Below are positions 6,531 through 10,472 of a DNA stretch of 10,472 nucleotides, one piece after another (the first letter of the stretch is position 1; each line of letters opens with the position of its first letter). Source of the stretch: Promethearchaeota archaeon (GTDB lineage Archaea > Asgardarchaeota > Thorarchaeia > Thorarchaeales > Thorarchaeaceae). The notes under the pieces were generated by a model, which saw only the letters and a program-made list of their open reading frames with translations, searched no databases and was not told the DNA's origin. Location of the stretch: contig JALVPN010000171.1 in NCBI GenBank assembly GCA_027031765.1, positions 1-10,472 of the forward strand, read 5' to 3'. Made by a program: the position numbers and the translations under genes.

Positions 6531-7748
6531 ATGGAAGGACTACCGGTCTACTGGTCCGACCCCACCAGGACAGAGTTCGAGGTCACGGTCGAGAGCTGCA
6601 GGGATGCCGGCGACCACTTCGAGGTCACACTCGGTGAGAGCGTCATCAGGCCTGCCGGCGGGGGACAGGCTGGCGACCGTGGCACCCTCGTGGCCGACAG
6701 GGAGGTCAGGGTCCTCGACACCGCAGAACACAACGGCAACGTGGTGCTCATCACTGACGAGCCGGTACAGACCGGGCCCGCGGTGCTCACTATCGATGCT
6801 CAGTGGCGCCGTTCCATGATGAGGAACCACACCGCAGAACACCTCTTCGTCGCGACGCTGGTGCACAAGTACCCGTCCGTCAGACTCGGCTACATCTGGA
6901 TTGACGGCGAACGGGGCACTGTGGAAGTCAGTGGCCACCTCACAGAGGACGACCTCTTTGATGCTGAGCGCAGGGTGCAGGGAGTGATTGCGCGTGGGCT
7001 CCCAGTACAGAGCACGATGGTCGAGGTCTCTGCACTCGACGCGTCAGTGCGTGCCAGAGAGGGGGTACGCTCAAGGAGTGGCAGGGTACGCGTCGTCAGC
7101 ATCGGCGACTATGACCGTTCGGCCTGTTCAGGCACCCACGTACTCAATACGGCAGACATACGCGTCTTCAAGATAGTCGACTACAGGCTCAGTGATACCG
7201 GCGCGCATGTCGAGTTCCTGACAGGTGACAGGGCCGTTGCCAGGTTGTCCCACGTCTTCAATGAGGTGCTGCGGCGCAAGTACACCTATCCCTACGAGCT
7301 CGACCAGATCGGTGCCGTCCTCGACAAGGGCAAGAGGGCCGTCAGTGAGCACACAGCCCTCAGAGAAAAAGTGATGGGGCTCCTGCGCTCCGGGCCCGCC
7401 GTCGAACGCATCGGCAATACCACCTTCATGCACGAGTTCCTGCCCGGTTTCGATGCGAAGGCCATGCGCCTGTGCGCAAAGTCGTTGCGTCTGGGAGCAC
7501 CATCAGCCGTGCTGTTCTTCGCACCCGGCAGGAAACCCACCGTGCTCCTGTGGACGGACGGGCTGCCACACGGGGCCTCACACTATATCAGGGACGCCGT
7601 GGTGCGCCTCGGAGGAAAGGGCGGCGGTAGCCGAGAGGTCTTCACAGGCGGCTTCAGGGAAACCAGCGATGATGTAGCGCTGTTCGAGCAGCTCGTCGAG
7701 AGTGTCAGACACACCCTCAACGCCGACGTCAGGGTCACAGGCACCTGA
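6531..7748 (+). CDS. alaX: Alanyl-tRNA editing protein AlaX with C-terminal helical and DHHA1/C-Ala domain (405 aa)
   Basis: Contains GGGQAGDRG, the Zn-binding HTAEH (HxxxH) and CSGTH (CxxxH) motifs, and C-terminal GGKGGG (DHHA1). Start reassigned to ATG 6531 (MEGLPVYWSDP..TEF, typical AlaX N-terminus, SD upstream). The track's 6426 start would overlap the divergent gene. Confidence 0.9.
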   Translation: MEGLPVYWSDPTRTEFEVTVESCRDAGDHFEVTLGESVIRPAGGGQAGDRGTLVADREVRVLDTAEHNGNVVLITDEPVQTGPAVLTIDAQWRRSMMRNHTAEHLFVATLVHKYPSVRLGYIWIDGERGTVEVSGHLTEDDLFDAERRVQGVIARGLPVQSTMVEVSALDASVRAREGVRSRSGRVRVVSIGDYDRSACSGTHVLNTADIRVFKIVDYRLSDTGAHVEFLTGDRAVARLSHVFNEVLRRKYTYPYELDQIGAVLDKGKRAVSEHTALREKVMGLLRSGPAVERIGNTTFMHEFLPGFDAKAMRLCAKSLRLGAPSAVLFFAPGRKPTVLLWTDGLPHGASHYIRDAVVRLGGKGGGSREVFTGGFRETSDDVALFEQLVESVRHTLNADVRVTGT

Positions 7749-7771
7749 CGGGTCATGTGTCAGTATTCAAG

Positions 7772-7779
7772 AGGTCAGC
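7772..7779 (+). repeat. Left copy of 8-bp direct repeat AGGTCAGC
   Basis: Identical to 9909-9916. Both copies sit at the GC transitions. The match is short, so chance is not excluded. Confidence 0.35.
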
Positions 7780-8060
7780 ATGGGTGCATTCATCTCGCGC
7801 ACCATCTTCTTGCCCGATGAAACAGTGGGATACGAACAGACTTGCAAGAGCGTTTTCCGAACACAGTGTTCCGCCATCTTGCCCAGATGAGTGCGGTTTC
7901 GAAGCCGTCAGAAGACAGGGATTCGAGTCCTTCCGGTCGGGACATGGCCATGGAGATAAAGGGGTCTGCTTGTGGAGCGGTGTTGCTCTCACAATACACA
8001 GAACCAATACAGCCTCCATCCTTCCAGAACCAGAACCACGGAAGACCGAAGAAACTCCTC

Positions 8061-8080
8061 GTAGGCCTGCGAAGGCCTGC
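8061..8080 (+). other. GNRA-capped hairpin GTAGGCCT-GCGA-AGGCCTGC
   Basis: 8-bp stem (one G-U pair) with a GCGA tetraloop on the + strand. Confidence 0.45.
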
Positions 8081-8320
8081 CGTCTAGCCGAACATCGTCG
8101 AGTACCACAGCAGACACCTATGAGAAATCGCGGATGGTATGAAATGTACTTGTGTATGAACAGACGTCCACCATCATGGAACAGGTGTTTCCGTGGTATA
8201 GTCATCACTGGACGACGACGGTCGTCGGTAGTGACAGGCCAGAGGGCATATCAAGATTGCACTCCCCGGGGCTTGTTCTGGAGGAGGACGTAGTGCAGTG
8301 CTTGTTGGGGCCTAGACCCA

Positions 8321-8346
8321 CAGCTGAGAGCAGGTTCTCACAGCTG
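8321..8346. other. Hairpin CAGCTG-A-GAG-caggtt-CTC-A-CAGCTG
   Basis: 9 bp with a single A/A mismatch and a 6-nt loop. Confidence 0.4.
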
Positions 8347-8382
8347 GTTGATTGCGTAGTCCGAACCACTCCGGTCTGTTGT

Positions 8383-8418
8383 CCGATGTCGCCTTCGTCA
8401 CCATGGTCAGGACATCGG
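8383..8418. other. Perfect 8-bp inverted repeat CCGATGTC/GACATCGG with a 20-nt spacer
   Basis: Read directly from the sequence. The spacer contains the palindrome ACCATGGT. Confidence 0.4.
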
Positions 8419-8505
8419 TCTGGGCCGAGAATGCAGTCAAGTTTCGGCAAGATGCCCGAGGTACGACTCTTCCGTCAAACTTGCGGCAAGTAGTCAGCAG
8501 GCTGC

Positions 8506-8568
8506 AGAAAGAAGAAATAAATAGTAGGAAGAGAGCATCCACAGCAGGGAGAAATGGGATATAGGTGG
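8506..8568 (+). promoter_or_regulatory. Putative BRE + TATA promoter and SD for the 8576 ORF
   Basis: Purine-rich AGAAAGAAGAA (8506-8516) directly precedes ATAAATA (8517-8523). AGGTGG at 8563-8568 lies 7 nt before the ATG. Confidence 0.5.
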
Positions 8569-8575
8569 AAGTGGA

Positions 8576-9712
8576 ATGTGGAAGAGTAACAAAGCTGTTG
8601 CGGCAGTGGGCCTCGTACTCTTGCTAGTGGGCGCAAGTCTGCTACCGTACTTGTATGCGTACTACCCACCGCTGAGCTGGTTGGGTCTCGCAGGTATTGT
8701 TCTAGTTATCATTGGACTAGTCCTCGAAATCAAAGCAATACGTTCATGGACTTCTGGAAGACGTGGGAGCGTTGGAGAAAGCCTTAGAGGAATCTTACAG
8801 CTCGGCGAGACCGGGGAGCCGGATCTGAGCATGCGTCAGACAATGATGAGAAGCCCATTCTTTCACGAGTTCACGTTCACGGAGGTGGGGTTCAGGCTCG
8901 TCCAGCGACTCCACAGAGAGCTGGCGTTCCTGCTGCAGGATGCAGGCATCAGCATTGGTACTTCAACGTGTAGAGTGTTCAACACGAACTACGGAACGCT
9001 GTACTACGGCTACCTAGAGGGGGTTCCGGACATCGCCCTCCAGAAGAGGCGATTGTCGCTCCTCGTCAGTGCACTCAGAGCAATCTTTGGCATCGTAGGA
9101 GCCATCATGATTTTGTATGGCACGCTTGTCTTGCGCTACTCCTACTACCTCTATGATGTCCAATCCGGATTGATACTGCTTACTATAGGTCTCGTTCTCA
9201 CAGCCATTGCAGTCAAGCTCAAGCCCAAGAAACTGCTCCTACCGCCCTACTTCGGTCGATACAGATTGATGTACACCGGCTCCATCGAACCACCAATCAT
9301 CACGGAGAGCACGGAAACTCAAGGCCTGGTAGCAGCATTACCAGGAGTCACAAGAAAGACGGCAGTGTACGAGTCGCCACAGGACATGGTACTGTATGTC
9401 GCCCACTCATTTGAACCGAGCGAGGAAGCTCTAGCACATCCTGAAGTTGCAGAGCGTACTAGGTTCTTTGACTACATCACGGAAAGAATACGGACGCAGC
9501 TGAACGCACGGCCACAGGAAACGCCGCCTGCAACAAAGCTCCATGAGGAAACAACACTAGCCATACAGGCCTTTGTAAAGAAGTATGTCGAACCAAACGA
9601 CAAACGGGCGGATGTCGTAAGCGAGGTTGTGCAACGATGGCCTCTACACGAGGGACGCTACACGCAGAGAGCATCATTCCACAACCCATCTGACGAGGGA
9701 ACATTTAACTGA
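8576..9712 (+). CDS. Hypothetical membrane protein with 4 TM helices in two hairpins, each followed by a soluble domain
   Basis: 378-aa ORF with hydrophobic segments at about aa 8-28, 33-51, 162-186 and 195-213. It has a promoter and SD upstream. Codon usage is more AT-rich than the flanking genes. No family recognised. Confidence 0.8.
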   Translation: MWKSNKAVAAVGLVLLLVGASLLPYLYAYYPPLSWLGLAGIVLVIIGLVLEIKAIRSWTSGRRGSVGESLRGILQLGETGEPDLSMRQTMMRSPFFHEFTFTEVGFRLVQRLHRELAFLLQDAGISIGTSTCRVFNTNYGTLYYGYLEGVPDIALQKRRLSLLVSALRAIFGIVGAIMILYGTLVLRYSYYLYDVQSGLILLTIGLVLTAIAVKLKPKKLLLPPYFGRYRLMYTGSIEPPIITESTETQGLVAALPGVTRKTAVYESPQDMVLYVAHSFEPSEEALAHPEVAERTRFFDYITERIRTQLNARPQETPPATKLHEETTLAIQAFVKKYVEPNDKRADVVSEVVQRWPLHEGRYTQRASFHNPSDEGTFN

Positions 9713-9726
9713 CTGGTGGACAGTGT

Positions 9727-9759
9727 GGCCCGTGTCATTGGGGAATTCCCACACGGGCC
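9727..9759 (+). terminator. Stem-loop just downstream of the 8576 ORF (terminator, processing or stability element)
   Basis: Perfect 9-bp stem GGCCCGTGT/ACACGGGCC enclosing the perfect palindrome GGGAATTCCC, starting 15 nt after the stop. No oligo-T tract follows, so terminator function is uncertain. Confidence 0.4.
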
Positions 9760-9859
9760 CATGTCCGGGGATTGCGACTAGTGAACACACGGACATGCGA
9801 TGAGCGATTGACCAATGACCCACTGTTCTGTATTCTGTAGGAAAGATTTCGCACCACCT

Positions 9860-9920
9860 CATCTTCGACGAAGATGTTGCAACAACAGCAAGGCCTTTTC
9901 GAAACGTCAGGTCAGCGCTG
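9860..9920. repeat. Cluster of five back-to-back palindromes
   Basis: CATCTTCG-A-CGAAGATG (9860-9876), TGTTGCAACA (9875-9884), AAGGCCTT (9890-9897), TTTCGAAA (9897-9904), CAGCGCTG (9913-9920). Confidence 0.7.
9909..9916 (+). repeat. Right copy of 8-bp direct repeat AGGTCAGC
   Basis: Identical to 7772-7779, located where GC returns to ~60%. Confidence 0.35.
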
Positions 9921-9983
9921 CACATCCTGTCCATGCTGGGGTGGATGCACGCCCTTGACAAGGTGATCCAGGTCTTCATGTAG
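9909..9983 (+). pseudogene. Start-less 3' gene fragment (..RSALHILSMLGWMHALDKVIQVFM*)
   Basis: 21 of the 23 sense codons from 9912 to 9980 end in G/C, matching host genes, and the frame ends at TAG 9981-9983. The frame stays open back to a TGA at 9816-9818 without an ATG or GTG start upstream of the repeat. Confidence 0.35.
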
Positions 9984-10046
9984 CCGCAGCACAGGACACC
10001 GCCGGGCTACTACGATGCGGTCAGCACATGGGAGCAGGAGCAACGC

Positions 10047-10250
10047 ATGCGCACCATGACGTCTCCTACGGCGGTCTGGCCGGCCCTGCCACAGGTGGAT
10101 GTGGTCGCAGTGGTCGGGATGACGTTCCCGGTGCTCGTGTGTGCTGGGCTGGCGCTGGCGCCGCTGCTCTACATCTACCACGCAGACAGGGCCCGGAGGG
10201 TGCAGCGAGCAATGCTGAAGAAGGAGCGCAGGCGGCAGGGCCCGCGGTGA
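10047..10250 (+). CDS. Small single-TM hypothetical protein with a basic C-terminal tail
   Basis: 67 aa with hydrophobic segment VVAVVGMTFPVLVCAGLALAPLLYIY followed by RARRVQRAMLKKERRR. High GC3, and AGGAG 6 nt upstream. An alternative start is ATG 10056. Confidence 0.6.
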   Translation: MRTMTSPTAVWPALPQVDVVAVVGMTFPVLVCAGLALAPLLYIYHADRARRVQRAMLKKERRRQGPR

Positions 10251-10472
10251 TGTCCAAGGTATCGGGCCCTCAGCGTGCGGTCGTGACCCGGAGCAGCACG
10301 GGGACCACGCCAGTGCCATACGTCGCGCATCAGTCCTCCAACGTGCGGTCACGACTCACAGGACGGGGAGTAGAGGCAAGTGGACTCTGAGCCCCCGTGC
10401 TAGGCCTCTGGGCTGCTAGTTGTCGCGGCCGTGGCACTGCCCCCCTGTCGGCAGGGTGGGCCGGGTGTAGTG

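Larger units (their letters stand above)
7780..9908. other. Lower-GC segment, putative horizontally acquired insertion with no transposase or integrase seen
   Basis: Spot GC counts per 60-nt line: 40-55% inside (e.g. 8101, 42%; 8701, 40%; 9541, 43%; 9841, 47%) versus 60-67% in flanks (7561, 67%; 9961, 62%). The transitions lie near 7750 and 9900. Confidence 0.55.

Noticed and set aside
7802-7890. Degenerate direct repeat CCATCTT(CTT)GCCC(A)GATGA with ~72-nt period, considered as a CRISPR remnant
   Set aside because: Only two imperfect copies, no third unit and no cas genes.
7917-7932. GGGATTCGAGTCC resembling a tRNA T-arm (possible att-site tRNA fragment)
   Set aside because: It lacks the G53-C61 closure of a 7-nt loop, with no acceptor stem, CCA or anticodon arm nearby.
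7757-8293. 178-aa + ORF containing CPDECG, considered as an IS1595/IS1-like zinc-ribbon transposase remnant
   Set aside because: No second CxxC, no DDE motif and no inverted termini; the composition is Arg/Pro/Ser-rich like a random ORF.
7891-8505. GTGCG at 7891 as a group II intron 5' end
   Set aside because: No domain V (AGC/CGC triad hairpin), no domain VI and no RT ORF could be found on either strand.
10047-10250. Small TM protein as a SNARE-like partner for the SNAP-like proteins
   Set aside because: It has no ~60-residue heptad motif preceding a C-terminal anchor; the TM is central and the soluble parts are too short.
10250-10390. 46-aa ORF coupled to the 67-aa gene by TGATG overlap; also the 120-aa ORF 10028-10390
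   Set aside because: Ser/Thr/Gly/Pro-rich with no recognisable structure and weak codon bias. It cannot be supported without homologues.

Overview
Archaeal chromosomal window, about 60-65% GC by spot counts. Archaeal/eukaryotic-type GlyRS, AGG-rich Arg codons and TATA-like boxes point to an archaeon; an Asgard (Thorarchaeia-like) origin is plausible but is inference only. In order, it holds: the 5' end of glycyl-tRNA synthetase (-, missing from the ORF track); a 752-aa ~16-TM membrane sensor whose histidine-kinase module looks catalytically dead (-); a divergent class II HMG-CoA reductase (+); two convergent, tail-overlapping genes with SNAP/Sec17-like alpha-solenoids, one stand-alone (248 aa) and one fused to two Ig-like domains (415 aa); an AlaX editing protein with a C-Ala/DHHA1 domain (+); a ~2.1-kb lower-GC segment (~40-55%) bounded by an 8-bp direct repeat, carrying a hairpin-rich ~830-nt region with no recognisable gene, an orphan 4-TM protein and a dense palindrome cluster; and a small single-TM ORF. 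The best candidate for an undescribed system is the SNAP-like pair (possible archaeal relatives of the eukaryotic SNARE-disassembly adaptors), followed by the pseudokinase sensor beside HMG-CoA reductase and the low-GC insertion. All family assignments are by eye against remembered consensus sequences and need profile or structure confirmation.
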